64,000 bases of DNA from an uncultured delta proteobacterium. Lineage in GTDB: Bacteria > Desulfobacterota > Binatia > Binatales > Binataceae. The DNA is taken from positions 32,001-96,000 of the forward strand of contig CAVXXK010000003.1 in the NCBI GenBank assembly GCA_963765675.1, written 5' to 3'. Position 1 is the stretch's first letter; each line of letters starts with the position of its first letter. Positions 11,527 through 21,512 of the stretch are shown here, piece by piece. Below the pieces are notes generated by a model. That model ran no database searches. It was not told where the DNA came from and saw only the letters and a list, made by a program, of their open reading frames with translations. A program made the translations under genes and the position numbers.

Positions 11527-12339
11527 ATGACGCAGCCTCCGGCCGATATGTCCGCAGCCTCGACCGCCGCTAATGCTCCCATAAGCATGTCGCCGGGGAG
11601 AGCGCAGCGCATCAAGATCCTTCCGGTTCTGTTCGTCCTCATCATCGGAACGGAATACCCATTGCGTCCGTTGGCCACTTGGATGTTCCCGACGCTCTCG
11701 CGTTTTGGCTGGCCGTGGTCCACGACTAGCGGCGTAGGTACGATCGTCATTCAGGCAATTATTGCGACCGCGATTTTGCTGGTCGTGCATTTCTGGGAGC
11801 GCCTGCCGATGAGCTCTGTTGGCATCGCCAGATTCGCCGGGTCCGACCTCGCTCTCGGAGTTGCGGCATTCATCGGGATTGCAGTTATCGAAGGATTGGC
11901 GCTGCCTCTTGTCCTGTCGATCTTGACGGGTTCGCGTGATTGGGGAATAGGGAGCTCGGACGCGCACGAATTTAAGTTGATCTCGCAATGGCCATGGCCG
12001 CTTATGATAGCGGCAGCGGCGAGCGCGGGCATCTACGAAGAAATCTGGGCGCGAGGTTACGCGGTCGAGCGACTCGAAACGCTCACGCGCAGTACGATTG
12101 CCGCCGCCGCGATCGCGCTGACGCTTGACCTCGGTGCGCACGTGCCCTTTTGGGGATTCCGCTACGCGATTCTGATTGCGCCGTGCCAGATAGTGTTGCT
12201 CGGGTTGTACCTATGGCGGCGGCGGCTGATGCCATGCGTTGTTGCGCATATCCTGTGGGATTCTGGCCGCCCGATTCTGCTCGCATTGATGTGGCTGCTG
12301 GCGACACTCCACCCGATGCATGCGACGTGGAGATGGTAG
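11527..12339 (+). CDS. CPBP-family (Abi/CAAX) intramembrane glutamic protease
   Basis: YEEIWARGY, GAH and VVAHILWD motifs; multi-TM. Confidence 0.85.
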   Translation: MTQPPADMSAASTAANAPISMSPGRAQRIKILPVLFVLIIGTEYPLRPLATWMFPTLSRFGWPWSTTSGVGTIVIQAIIATAILLVVHFWERLPMSSVGIARFAGSDLALGVAAFIGIAVIEGLALPLVLSILTGSRDWGIGSSDAHEFKLISQWPWPLMIAAAASAGIYEEIWARGYAVERLETLTRSTIAAAAIALTLDLGAHVPFWGFRYAILIAPCQIVLLGLYLWRRRLMPCVVAHILWDSGRPILLALMWLLATLHPMHATWRW

Positions 12340-12350
12340 GCGTTAACCAG

Positions 12351-13421
12351 CTATCCCGGCGTGTCCCAGCGGTCTTCGAGGCGGCGGTATTTCCAGATCG
12401 ATACCGACAGCGCCCATCCCACGACGAACATCGCGACGATCGCGTAGCCGAGGGTTTCGAAATCCAGCGCCGCGAGCGTGCTGAAGAAGCGGCCGTGCCA
12501 ATTGAGCGCGCCGCCGAGCACCTGGAGCAGCTCGACCGTGCCGATCAGCAGCGCCACCGCCACCGACAAACTCGTAGTCGTTATGTTGTAGTAAATCTTG
12601 CGCAGCGGACTCGAGAACGCCCAACTGTAGGCTTTCACCATGAAGACGCCGTCGGCGGTGTCCATCAGGGACATGCCCGAGGCGAACAGGATCGCTAGCG
12701 AGGTGACGGCGAGCGTCGGTACCGCCTGCGACGCGGCACCGGCCGCCAGCGCCAGCAGTCCAATCTCGGAGGCGGTGTCGAAGCCCAGACCGAAGAGCAT
12801 CCCGACCGGATACATCTGCCAGCTATGGCTGATCAGATTCTGCAGGCGGTCGCCGAGAATGCGCCGGATAAGGCCGCGCTGCGCCAGCAGATCCTCGAGA
12901 TGCTCCTGATGATAGGTGCCGCGCTTCATCTGGCGCCAGATGTTCAGGATATCCAGCAGCACCAGCAGATTCAGAATTCCGATCAGCCACAGGAACACGC
13001 CGGAGACCGTCGCGCCGATCACGTTCCCATAGCTCTGCAATTCGGGCATCGCGGAGCGGACCGTCTTGGTCGCGACCACCAACACAACGGTCAGGAGCAG
13101 CACGATCGTCGAATGGCCGAGCGAGAAAAAGAATCCAACCGCCAAAGGCCGCTCGCCTTTCTGCAAAAGGTAGCGCGTGGTGTCGTCGATCGCGGAGATA
13201 TGATCGGCGTCGAACGCGTGCCGGAGTCCCAATCCATAGGCGAGCGCGCCCAGCCCCGCCATCGCGGGAAATCGGGGCGAATAGAGAAAGAACATCCCCC
13301 ATCCGACGACATGAAACAGGCCGACAATTCCGAACAGGGCGCTGGTCCGCGCGAAGGTTCCGTCAGACCAGCTTTCTTCGGATGACGATCGGCCAATTGG
13401 AGTCACGGATTTCTCTGGCAC
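12351..13421 (-). CDS. High-affinity Ni/Co transporter (HoxN/NixA, NiCoT family)
   Basis: GLRHAFDADHI, FFSLGHST and LFGLGFDTASE signature motifs. Confidence 0.93.
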   Translation of the reverse strand: MPEKSVTPIGRSSSEESWSDGTFARTSALFGIVGLFHVVGWGMFFLYSPRFPAMAGLGALAYGLGLRHAFDADHISAIDDTTRYLLQKGERPLAVGFFFSLGHSTIVLLLTVVLVVATKTVRSAMPELQSYGNVIGATVSGVFLWLIGILNLLVLLDILNIWRQMKRGTYHQEHLEDLLAQRGLIRRILGDRLQNLISHSWQMYPVGMLFGLGFDTASEIGLLALAAGAASQAVPTLAVTSLAILFASGMSLMDTADGVFMVKAYSWAFSSPLRKIYYNITTTSLSVAVALLIGTVELLQVLGGALNWHGRFFSTLAALDFETLGYAIVAMFVVGWALSVSIWKYRRLEDRWDTPG

Positions 13422-13454
13422 AAATGATCCATTGAAATCGCTGCGCTGGCTGCG

Positions 13455-13751
13455 TCAACCGCTGAGCTGATCGAGCAGATGCAGGATCACGCCGATACCG
13501 GGGATATTCACCTCGAGTTCTTCGGAGAGCGTGCGGATAACTCGCACGCGTTCGAGCGCTGCGCGATCGTAGAGCCGCTCGACGGTGTGGCCGGTGCGCG
13601 TTACCTGCGCGGGCGCGATGAATTCCTCGTCCTCCCAGACCGCGAGCTGGCGGTCGCTCACTCCCGTCATCACGCAGAACACCTCGCGCGTCACCAGGAC
13701 CGGTCCGCCGCGCCGGGACCGCCTGCTCGAACTACTCTGCCGCCGCGCCAT
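13455..13751 (-). CDS. cbpM: CbpM-like chaperone modulator (MerR-type HTH)
   Basis: LEVNIPGIGVILHLLDQ motif; directly downstream of the cbpA-like gene. Confidence 0.75.
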   Translation of the reverse strand: MARRQSSSSRRSRRGGPVLVTREVFCVMTGVSDRQLAVWEDEEFIAPAQVTRTGHTVERLYDRAALERVRVIRTLSEELEVNIPGIGVILHLLDQLSG

Positions 13752-13756
13752 CGCCG

Positions 13757-14863
13757 TCAACTCCGCTTGATCATCTCGGCGCGAGGATCGGCGACGCCAC
13801 GCTCGCGCCGGCGCTCCGCGAGCTGCTGCATCAGCGTGCGCTCTTCGGCGGTAAGATCGGCGGGTGCGAGAATCTTGAGCTCATACAGCAGGTCGCCCGC
13901 CGGCTCCTTTGCGCGCGCGGGAATTCCGCGGCCCTTCAGCCGCAGCACGCGGCCGCCTTGCGAGCCCGCCGGAATCTTGAGCGAGACTTTGCCGCCGCCC
14001 GGAGTTGGCGCGGTGACTTCCGCGCCGAGCGCGGCCTCGTAATCCCACACCGGCAGCTCGCAGCGCAGGTCGCGTCCGGCGACGGCGAACACAGGATGCG
14101 GCTCGATCCGCACGGTCAAAAACAGATCGCCGTTGAACTCGGGACGCGGGCCGCGTCCGCCCTGCCCCTTAAGGCGCAGGTTGGTGCCGTCAGTGACGCC
14201 GGGGGGAATCGTAACTTCGAGCGTGCGCGGCTGCGCGATCACGCCGGTGCCGCCGCATGCCGGACACGGCGCCGCCGATCGGATGACGCGACTTTTGCCT
14301 TGGCGCTGCTCGCTCGCGACCATTCCGGAGCCGCCGCAGGTGGCGCATTCGTCCTGCGCCACCAGCTCGAGGCGTTGCCTTGCGCCGTTGATCGCCTCGG
14401 CAAGGGGAACGTGCACGTCGGCGCGCAAGTCGGGAGCACGCGCAGGCTCGGAGTCGAAATTGAATCCACGGCGTCCACCGCGTATGCCGCCCTGGCCGCC
14501 GAAAAATTGCTCGAAGAAATCGCTGAAGCCTCCGGCGCTGGATTCCGGACCGCCCGAGTACCGCGCACCCGCTCCTGCGCGCTCGCGGGCGGCGGCCTCC
14601 TGCGCGTAGCGGCGCATCATCTCTTCCTGCGAGATGCCGTGCTCCCAGTCGGCGCCTAGCTCGTCGTACTTCTTGCGTTTGCCGGCGTCGGAAAGGACCT
14701 GGTAGGCCTCGTTGATTTCCTTGAAGCGCTTCTCGGCGTCCTTGTTGTTGGGATTGACGTCGGGATGGAACTTGCGCGCGAGTTTGCGGTACGCAGTCTT
14801 GATTTCAGGTTCGGTGGCGCCGCGTTCAACGCCCAGGATCTTGTAGTAGTCGCGAAATTCCAT
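13757..14863 (-). CDS. cbpA: CbpA-like J-domain protein with two CxxCxGxG repeats
   Basis: J domain with [13 protein letters not shown], DnaJ C-terminal domain; CATCGGSG and CPACGGTG. Confidence 0.8.
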   Translation of the reverse strand: MEFRDYYKILGVERGATEPEIKTAYRKLARKFHPDVNPNNKDAEKRFKEINEAYQVLSDAGKRKKYDELGADWEHGISQEEMMRRYAQEAAARERAGAGARYSGGPESSAGGFSDFFEQFFGGQGGIRGGRRGFNFDSEPARAPDLRADVHVPLAEAINGARQRLELVAQDECATCGGSGMVASEQRQGKSRVIRSAAPCPACGGTGVIAQPRTLEVTIPPGVTDGTNLRLKGQGGRGPRPEFNGDLFLTVRIEPHPVFAVAGRDLRCELPVWDYEAALGAEVTAPTPGGGKVSLKIPAGSQGGRVLRLKGRGIPARAKEPAGDLLYELKILAPADLTAEERTLMQQLAERRRERGVADPRAEMIKRS

Positions 14864-14995
14864 TGCGCAGAGTGTGGTTCAGACGATCCAGCTATTCAAG
14901 ATGCGCACGAAACCGCGCCGGCGCAAGGAAGAATATCGGAAATCCGGATAATACACCGCAGACGAGGCGCGAGCGCGCGCTCGATCCGCATAGAC

Positions 14996-15028
14996 AAAAG
15001 GAGGGCGACGCCAAAAGCATCGCCCTCC
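14996..15028 (-). terminator. Intrinsic terminator
   Basis: GGAGGGCGA/TCGCCCTCC stem followed by TTTT on the minus strand, downstream of the 15072-15560 gene. Confidence 0.65.
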
Positions 15029-15071
15029 GAACCGGTCAAGAAAAAAACGTCGCTGAGCGGTCCCCTCCGCT

Positions 15072-15560
15072 TCAGGGTGCCGTGGCTGAAGTTCTGGTGT
15101 TGCTCGGCGAGTCGGCCGACACCGCCGGAATCGGTTGTTTGGCGGGGCTGCACTTCGCGACCGCGATGGTGAACGGGTTGCAGGTGGACAATACACAATC
15201 ATTGCCGGTTCCCGTCAGACTCGATCTGCTAAATGTTCCGGAGAGCGTTTCCACACCGTCGAAATACCCATCGACAAAGTTCATCAACACCGTGGTTCCG
15301 TCCGAACTGGTGCATAGAGTTCCGACCGCCAGATAGCCTGGAAAAAGGCCGGTACTAATAAGCCCGCCAGTCTTACAGGCGCCTTTTCCGGGAATCGACA
15401 TGCCGATGCCTACGAAATCGTTCGACCCCAGCGTCGCGCAAAAATTCGCGGCCGAAGCGGTACCGGCGCAGACTAGTAGCAATCCTGCGACGGCAGCCAT
15501 TCGACCGAGGATCGTCCGCAACCCCGCCTTTCGTAACCCAACTTTCCGCTCTGCTCTCAT
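15072..15560 (-). CDS. Hypothetical secreted Cys-rich protein
   Basis: GGAGG RBS, signal-peptide-like segment ending ASA-A, about six Cys in the mature part. Confidence 0.65.
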   Translation of the reverse strand: MRAERKVGLRKAGLRTILGRMAAVAGLLLVCAGTASAANFCATLGSNDFVGIGMSIPGKGACKTGGLISTGLFPGYLAVGTLCTSSDGTTVLMNFVDGYFDGVETLSGTFSRSSLTGTGNDCVLSTCNPFTIAVAKCSPAKQPIPAVSADSPSNTRTSATAP

Positions 15561-15654
15561 AACATTCCTCCCCAGAGAAACGATATTGTTGCTCCTGAAA
15601 AACTCGTTTAGACCGTCCTGGCGCGACAAAGGTAAGTTGAGGGCAAAAGTTATG

Positions 15655-15819
15655 TCAAGCGCGCTCGGACGGGCATTCGGAGGGGGAATGCCCGGACTTC
15701 TCAGGTTCGAGCACGCGGCGCAGTTTCACGTGACTGCCGCGCCTCGATTCAATCGCGAAACCCTGCCGCAGCAGAATCCGGATTACGTCGGCGCCAGAGA
15801 GACGCCTTAGTTTAGGCAT
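15655..15819 (-). pseudogene. hicA: Truncated HicA-family toxin
   Basis: MPKLRRLSGADVIRILLRQGFAIESRRGSHVKLRR (GSH motif), then a non-homologous tail; only 54 aa. Confidence 0.7.
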
Positions 15820-16039
15820 GCGGCCGGAGTTCGAGCTCGAAGATCGCCAGGATCGAGGGATCCGACGCAATCCCGAATTCGGCAGGATCTTCACCCTCGA
15901 GTTGCAGCGAGATTGCTTCCCTCAAGTTGAAAGCGAGCTCGTCCAGCGTCGCCGCCTGGGTCACTACTGGAAGATCGAGACACTCCGCGACGTAAAAATT
16001 TTCGCCGCGTGAAATGCGGACCTGAATCGTTTTCTTTAT
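15812..16039 (-). pseudogene. hicB: HicB-like antitoxin with ATA in place of a start codon
   Basis: Manual translation (I)KKTIQVRISRGENFYVAECLDLPVVTQAATLDELAFNLREAISLQLEGEDPAEFG...; its stop overlaps the hicA ATG. Not in the ORF track. Confidence 0.7.
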
Positions 16040-16105
16040 CGTCGCCGCTCGAGTCGATCATACTCGCCGTCAGCGCCGCGATACATAGGTCGCGCGGCGG
16101 CTCGC

Positions 16106-16303
16106 TCAGGTCTCCGATTCATCCGGAGGCGATTCCGATTGAGACTCCGGTGGCGCGGTGAGCGCGGTGAGTTTCGATTCCAGCGCGTGCAGTTCGTGTT
16201 CGAGGCGCGATTGACGATTCCAGATGAATGCCACGTACAGGAAGATCGCGGCGAAGATCGCGCTGTAGGCGGCGAACAGGAAGCCGAAGTGATCCATCAT
16301 CAT
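16106..16303 (-). CDS. ccmD: CcmD-like heme exporter protein
   Basis: Small protein with FLFAAY...Y TM and charged tail; follows ccmC. Confidence 0.7.
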   Translation of the reverse strand: MMMDHFGFLFAAYSAIFAAIFLYVAFIWNRQSRLEHELHALESKLTALTAPPESQSESPPDESET

Positions 16304-16341
16304 TCCTACGCTTGTGCCTATGCCCGTGCGCGCCTATACGC

Positions 16342-17049
16342 TCACGCGCCCTTGGCGCGAAACTCCGCCATCGCGATCGCGCGCGCGACCTCGCTGATTC
16401 TCGTGCGCGTGCGCACCACCGTGAGCCGCAGCATCAAAAGCCACGCGAACATCAGGGTGAACGCGGCAACCGATACCAACAGGGTAACGACCATCCGAGG
16501 ATCTTCGAGGCCATGGCCCCCCTGCCGAGTCACCAGCACGGCGGGATGGATCGTGCGCCATAGCCGTACCGACACGATCACCACAGGCACGTCGAGCGCC
16601 GCGACAATTCCAACCACTGCCGCAAAGCGCGCGACCTGCTCGGATTCTTCGAGCATCGCGCGCATGATCAGGTATCCACCGTAGAGCAGCCACAACACGA
16701 ACGAGGTGGTAAGCCGCGAGTCCCAGGTCCACCAGGTTCCCCAAATCGGTTTGGCCCATAGCGATCCGGACAGCAGCATCAGGGTGCAGAACAGCATCCC
16801 GATTTCGGCCGCCGAGTAGCCGAGGTCATCCCAGATCTGCCCTCCGAGCCAAAGGTAGAAAATGCCCGCGACCGCGACGATCGCGAACGCGGCGAATGCG
16901 ACCCACGCGCACGGCACATGAAAATAGAATATCCGCTGGACGATTCCCTGTTCCGCTTCCGTCGGGACCCAGGCGAAGATCATCCATAGCGACAGGACCA
17001 TCAGCGCGAGTGTCGCGGCGCCGAGAAGATTATTTGAGGTTCTGCTCAC
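16342..17049 (-). CDS. ccmC: Heme exporter protein C
   Basis: RIFYFHVP, WAKPIWGTWWTWDSRL (WWD domain) and RTIHP. Confidence 0.93.
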   Translation of the reverse strand: MSRTSNNLLGAATLALMVLSLWMIFAWVPTEAEQGIVQRIFYFHVPCAWVAFAAFAIVAVAGIFYLWLGGQIWDDLGYSAAEIGMLFCTLMLLSGSLWAKPIWGTWWTWDSRLTTSFVLWLLYGGYLIMRAMLEESEQVARFAAVVGIVAALDVPVVIVSVRLWRTIHPAVLVTRQGGHGLEDPRMVVTLLVSVAAFTLMFAWLLMLRLTVVRTRTRISEVARAIAMAEFRAKGA

Positions 17050-17062
17050 TGCCGGCTGGTTC

Positions 17063-17734
17063 CTACTCCTCTCCGATCACGTGCTCGAACAGCAGGTAGC
17101 CCGCGGTCACGAACAGCACGTCGAACGCGATGAGGATACCGATCCAGTCGCGCGCTGTCGCCATCGGCGCTCCCGAAAGCGCGACGATACTGGCGCGGAC
17201 GCCGGCAATCAGCGCGGGCACGAACATCGGGACGATTAGCAGCGGCAGCAGAAGCTCGCCGCCGCGCGCCCGCCCCGAGATAGCCGCGAGAAGTGTCGCC
17301 AGCGCGGCGAAGCCGATGACGCCGAGAATCAGGATCGGCGCAAGGCGCACCAACGCATCCGAGAAGTCGAGATTGAAAAACAACACCGTGAGAATCGCGC
17401 CCGCCGCGACCGCAACGATCATGAAGATCGCGGACGCTGCGAGCTTGGCGGCGTAGAGCGTCGCGCGATCGACGGGACTCATCAGAAGAGCGCGGATACA
17501 TCCGTTCTCGTTTTCGGACAAAAGTGCGCGCGAGGCCCCGAGCATCCCGGCGAACACCAATGCGATCCACAGCGCACCCGCCGCCGCCTCGGGACCGCGC
17601 GCCATCCCCGGTCCGAGCGCGAATACCAGCACGACGAGCACCAGCATCGCCAGCGCGACCATCGCGATCGTGCTCATCCCGCTGCGCAGCTCGAGGCGCA
17701 GATCTTTAGACAGCACCGCGGCAAACGCGCTCAT
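17063..17734 (-). CDS. ccmB: Heme exporter protein B
   Basis: KDLRLELRS, ENENG and LLLPLLIVP motifs; six TMs. Confidence 0.9.
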   Translation of the reverse strand: MSAFAAVLSKDLRLELRSGMSTIAMVALAMLVLVVLVFALGPGMARGPEAAAGALWIALVFAGMLGASRALLSENENGCIRALLMSPVDRATLYAAKLAASAIFMIVAVAAGAILTVLFFNLDFSDALVRLAPILILGVIGFAALATLLAAISGRARGGELLLPLLIVPMFVPALIAGVRASIVALSGAPMATARDWIGILIAFDVLFVTAGYLLFEHVIGEE

Positions 17735-18441
17735 TGGTTCTGCCGTCCGAGCAGCGAGCGCAACCGGCTCGCCCGCGAGATTTCGCTCTTGTCGTTCATG
17801 GAATCGAGCCGGCCGCGCGTGATTTCGTATTGGTCGAGCTCGACGCCTTCGATAGCCGCCTGCCCGTGGGCGCTGATGACGACGGCGCATCCGCGCGCCA
17901 ACTCGGTGCGGATCAGATCGGCCATGATTACGACGCCGTCGGAATCGAGCGCGGCAAATGGCTCGTCGAGCAGCAGCAGCATCGGAGCGGCGATCATCGC
18001 GCGCGCGGCGGCCAGCCGCTGCTCCATCCCGCGCGAATACATCCGCACCCGCTCGTGGGCAAAGTTCGCAAGTCCGACGCGTCTCAGCCAGTTGTGCGCC
18101 GCGATATGCGGATCTTCGACTCCATAGAGCGAGGCGTAGAATTCGAGATTCTCGCTCGCGGTGAGGTTCGGGTAGAGGAAGCTGCGATGCGACAGCATTC
18201 CGATTTGGCGGCGTCCATCAGGGTCGAGCCGGCGCGTGTCCTGTCCGAACACGAGCGCGTACCCGCTACTCGGAGCGGACAGTCCCGCAAGGATCGTGAG
18301 CAGAGTTGATTTGCCCGCACCGTTGCCCCCGATAATCACTGCGGCGTGTCCGGCGGCCACGCTCAGATCGACTTCGAGCAGGACGGGAACCAGGCCGAAG
18401 CTCTTGCCAAGCGCGCGAGTTTCGACGACCGCCGCCGCCAT
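17731..18441 (-). CDS. ccmA: Heme ABC exporter ATP-binding protein
   Basis: GGNGAGKST, YSRGMEQR and LLLDEPF motifs. Confidence 0.9.
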   Translation of the reverse strand: MAAAVVETRALGKSFGLVPVLLEVDLSVAAGHAAVIIGGNGAGKSTLLTILAGLSAPSSGYALVFGQDTRRLDPDGRRQIGMLSHRSFLYPNLTASENLEFYASLYGVEDPHIAAHNWLRRVGLANFAHERVRMYSRGMEQRLAAARAMIAAPMLLLLDEPFAALDSDGVVIMADLIRTELARGCAVVISAHGQAAIEGVELDQYEITRGRLDSMNDKSEISRASRLRSLLGRQNQ

Positions 18442-18972
18442 CAGTCGTTCCAGCCGGTGGCGCGTCCGGCGGGTCTGAGCGCGAGGCCGCACTCGGAGCA
18501 ATAACGAGCGTCCGCGATCGTCCGCGTCCCGCACTGCGGGCAGAATCGCACGCCGCGCGCCGTCGCGACGCTCGTGCGCGAGGGAGTGAAGGAGGGAAAT
18601 TGCGCGGCGCGCGCAGGCTCGACACGCCGGGGCGGTTCGACGCGCAAAGCGGGCCGCGGCGCGGGAGCAATCGATGCGGTCTCGATTTTGCTGTTTAGCT
18701 GTTCGATCGATTGCATCGCGGCGAGCGCGCGATTCTCGAGCGTGGCGCGCAGCGCCTCGTAATCAGCGTCCGACAGCTTGCCCATCTCGCGATCGAATTC
18801 GAGGTCGCGCAATGCCTGCACCGCGAGACCGCGCTCATGCTCGAGTCTCAGGCCGTCGATCTCATTCTGATCGGCTCCGCTTGCGGCGCGAGGGCAGAAG
18901 TCCGCCCGCGAGCGGAGCCGCAACGAACAGCGCGACTCCTGCAACGATCATCGCGGCCGCCAGGTAGATCAT
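18441..18972 (-). CDS. CcmI-N-like membrane protein with C-terminal zinc ribbon (frameshifted near 18865-18890)
   Basis: TM start MIYLAAAMIVAGVALFVAAPL lies in one frame; LRDLEFDREMGKLSDADY and CPQCG...CSECG lie in another. Confidence 0.7.
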
Positions 18973-18975
18973 GGC

Positions 18976-19482
18976 TCAGCCACCCCTCCTGAGATCTTCG
19001 GCCAGCTTGCGCCGCAGTTCGGGATCGAACGCGGGCTCGTCGGCCGACGGCTGCACCGGCTCGGGCGAAGAGGATTCGGGGGTGTGATGCCACCGGTGCG
19101 CCGTGAAGATTATCAATCCGGCGCCGATCAGCAGCGCTCCGAATGGCGTGATCCACGCGAACAGATTGAAGCCTTCGGTAGTGGGCGCGGAGAGCACTTT
19201 CTCGCCGAACTTATGCCGGTAGAAAGAGATGATCTCGACCTGCGACTTGCCTTGGTCGATCATCTCCTGAATATGCGTCCGCGTTGGAACCGAGAAGCTG
19301 CACGTCGGCATGTTGCAGTTGGCGACGGTGAGGCCGCATCCGCATTGGCAGGTGAGACCTTGCGCAACCTGTTCCGCATTGGGGCGGGTCGCGGCCCGCA
19401 GGCTCCGCGCGCCTGACGCGCCGAGCACGAGTGCGAAGAGCGCTGCGGCGAGCACGAAGGTCGGTCGTGCGCGCACGTTCAT
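18976..19482 (-). CDS. ccmH: CcmH-like cytochrome c biogenesis protein
   Basis: Signal peptide, LTCQCGCG, FGEKVLSAP, then a WITP TM helix. Confidence 0.8.
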   Translation of the reverse strand: MNVRARPTFVLAAALFALVLGASGARSLRAATRPNAEQVAQGLTCQCGCGLTVANCNMPTCSFSVPTRTHIQEMIDQGKSQVEIISFYRHKFGEKVLSAPTTEGFNLFAWITPFGALLIGAGLIIFTAHRWHHTPESSSPEPVQPSADEPAFDPELRRKLAEDLRRGG

Positions 19483-21491
19483 TCTCCGCCGGGTGCAGGA
19501 TCACCCGCGATCGAGACCGGGGCCGCGCGTCTGACGGCGACGGCGATCGCGGCGCGTTCGCGCACGTTCGGCCACATCACGACCACCGTACCGATCGCCA
19601 TCAGCAATCCTCCCGCCCACAGCCAGAAGACCAGCGGAGTCAGGAAGACCTCGAATGTGGCCTGGCCGTTTTGGTCGAGACCGGCGAGCACGATGTAGAG
19701 ATCGGCAAACGGGGTCGAGCGGATCGCGACCCTGGTCGCGGGCTGCTGCTCGCGTTTGTAGAAGAGCTTCGCGGGCGCCATCTCGGTGACGACGCTGCCG
19801 CCCCGCGAGACCTCGATCCGCGCGGTCGCGGTTTCCATGTGCGCGTTCTCGAACGCGGAGAGGCCGAGATAGCGCAGGTCGTAGGCGCCGATCGAAAAAC
19901 TCTGGCCTTCGCGCACGCTCTTCTTAACTTCGGTCTTGAAGAATGACGACCCGACGATCCCGACGAACGCGACGATGACTCCGATATGAATGATGTATCC
20001 GCCGTAACGCCGGTTGTTCTTCGCCACCAGGTTGACCAGCGCCTTCGGCGCGGTCTCGGCCAGCATATGCTGCCGCGCGCCGACTCCGCGCCGAAACTCG
20101 ACCACGATCGTGCCGAGCACGAACGCGGCGAGCGAGATCGCGGTCAGCACGTACCACTCGCGGAGTCCGGCGGCGAGCGCGATCACGCCGATCGTGACCC
20201 CCGCAATCGCCGGAGCGGCGAAGCTCTTCACCAGGTTGCTCGCGGTGGTGCGGCGCCATGCGATAAGCGGACCCACGCCCATCAGGAAGATCAGCCCAAG
20301 CGCGAGCGGTCCGGCAACGCGATTAAAGAATGGCGGACCGACGGTGATCTTCACTCCGCGCACGGCCTCGGAGAGCACTGGAAAGATCGTGCCCCAGAAA
20401 ACCGCGAACGCGATTCCGATCAGCATCAGGTTGTTGAACAGGAACGCCGCCTCGCGCGAGAGATATGACTCGAACTCGGCCGGGCTGCGCAGCTCTTTGG
20501 AGCGAAAGATCAGCAGACCCGTGTAACCCGACACGACGATGATCAGGAAGCATAAGAAGTACGGCCCGAGTCCCGATTGTGTAAACGAATGCACCGACGA
20601 GATCACACCGCTTCGCGTGATGAAGGTGCCGAAAAGCGTGAGCGAAAACGCAAGCCCGATAAGCGCAAGGTTCCAGACCTTCAGCATGTCCTTGCGCTCC
20701 TGGATCATCACCGAATGCAGGAACGCGGTCATCACGAGCCAGGGCATGAAGGCCGCGTTCTCGACCGGGTCCCATGCCCAGTAACCGCCCCAGCCGAGGA
20801 CCTCGTAGGCCCACCTTGCGCCGAACAGATTTCCGAGCGTCAGGAAGAACCAGGAGAAGATCGCCCAGCGCCGCGTCGTGCGAATCCAGGTATCGTCGAG
20901 CTTGCCGGTCATCAATGCGGCGGCGCCAAACGCGAACGGAACCGTGGCGCTGACATAGCCGGTATAGAGCGACGGCGGATGGATCGCCATCCAGTAATTC
21001 TGAAGTAAAGGATTAAGATCTGTTCCCTGCGCCGGGATAACCGACATGAGATCGAACGGCCGCGTGACGAAGTTCAGCATCCCGAGAAAAAAGATCGCGA
21101 CCCCCGCCAGCACCGCCATCGCGTAGGGCGCGATCTCCGGGTTTCGGCGGCGATTTAAAAACGCGGCTACCGAGGTGAAAATCGAGAGCAGCCAGGTCCA
21201 GAAGAGCAGCGAGCCCTGCTGCCCGCCCCATAAGGCGGTGAACTTGTAGGCCGTCGGCAGCGTGGTGCTCGAGTACGAGGCCACGTATTCGAGCGAGAAG
21301 TCCGAAGTCAGCAGACCGGTCCACAGCGCGACCACCGCGATCGTCACCATCGCGCACATCGCCCACAACGCATGGCGCGCGCTCGCGATAAACTCCGGAT
21401 GCGACCGGCGGACACCATAGATGTTGGCGCCGATCGAATAGATCGCGAGCAGTAACGCGATCGCGAGCGCAAGTCGTCCTAAAACAGGCAT
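19479..21491 (-). CDS. ccmF: Cytochrome c heme lyase
   Basis: WGGQQGSLLFW, LNPLLQN, IHPP, LGWGGYWAWDPVEN, SVHSF and YGGYIIHIG motifs. Confidence 0.96.
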   Translation of the reverse strand: MPVLGRLALAIALLLAIYSIGANIYGVRRSHPEFIASARHALWAMCAMVTIAVVALWTGLLTSDFSLEYVASYSSTTLPTAYKFTALWGGQQGSLLFWTWLLSIFTSVAAFLNRRRNPEIAPYAMAVLAGVAIFFLGMLNFVTRPFDLMSVIPAQGTDLNPLLQNYWMAIHPPSLYTGYVSATVPFAFGAAALMTGKLDDTWIRTTRRWAIFSWFFLTLGNLFGARWAYEVLGWGGYWAWDPVENAAFMPWLVMTAFLHSVMIQERKDMLKVWNLALIGLAFSLTLFGTFITRSGVISSVHSFTQSGLGPYFLCFLIIVVSGYTGLLIFRSKELRSPAEFESYLSREAAFLFNNLMLIGIAFAVFWGTIFPVLSEAVRGVKITVGPPFFNRVAGPLALGLIFLMGVGPLIAWRRTTASNLVKSFAAPAIAGVTIGVIALAAGLREWYVLTAISLAAFVLGTIVVEFRRGVGARQHMLAETAPKALVNLVAKNNRRYGGYIIHIGVIVAFVGIVGSSFFKTEVKKSVREGQSFSIGAYDLRYLGLSAFENAHMETATARIEVSRGGSVVTEMAPAKLFYKREQQPATRVAIRSTPFADLYIVLAGLDQNGQATFEVFLTPLVFWLWAGGLLMAIGTVVVMWPNVRERAAIAVAVRRAAPVSIAGDPAPGGE

Positions 21492-21512
21492 TGTTCCTCT
21501 ACTTGGGTTGAT

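Noticed and set aside
13422-13454. NiCo or cobalamin riboswitch before the NiCoT gene
   Set aside because: The intergenic gap is only 33 nt.
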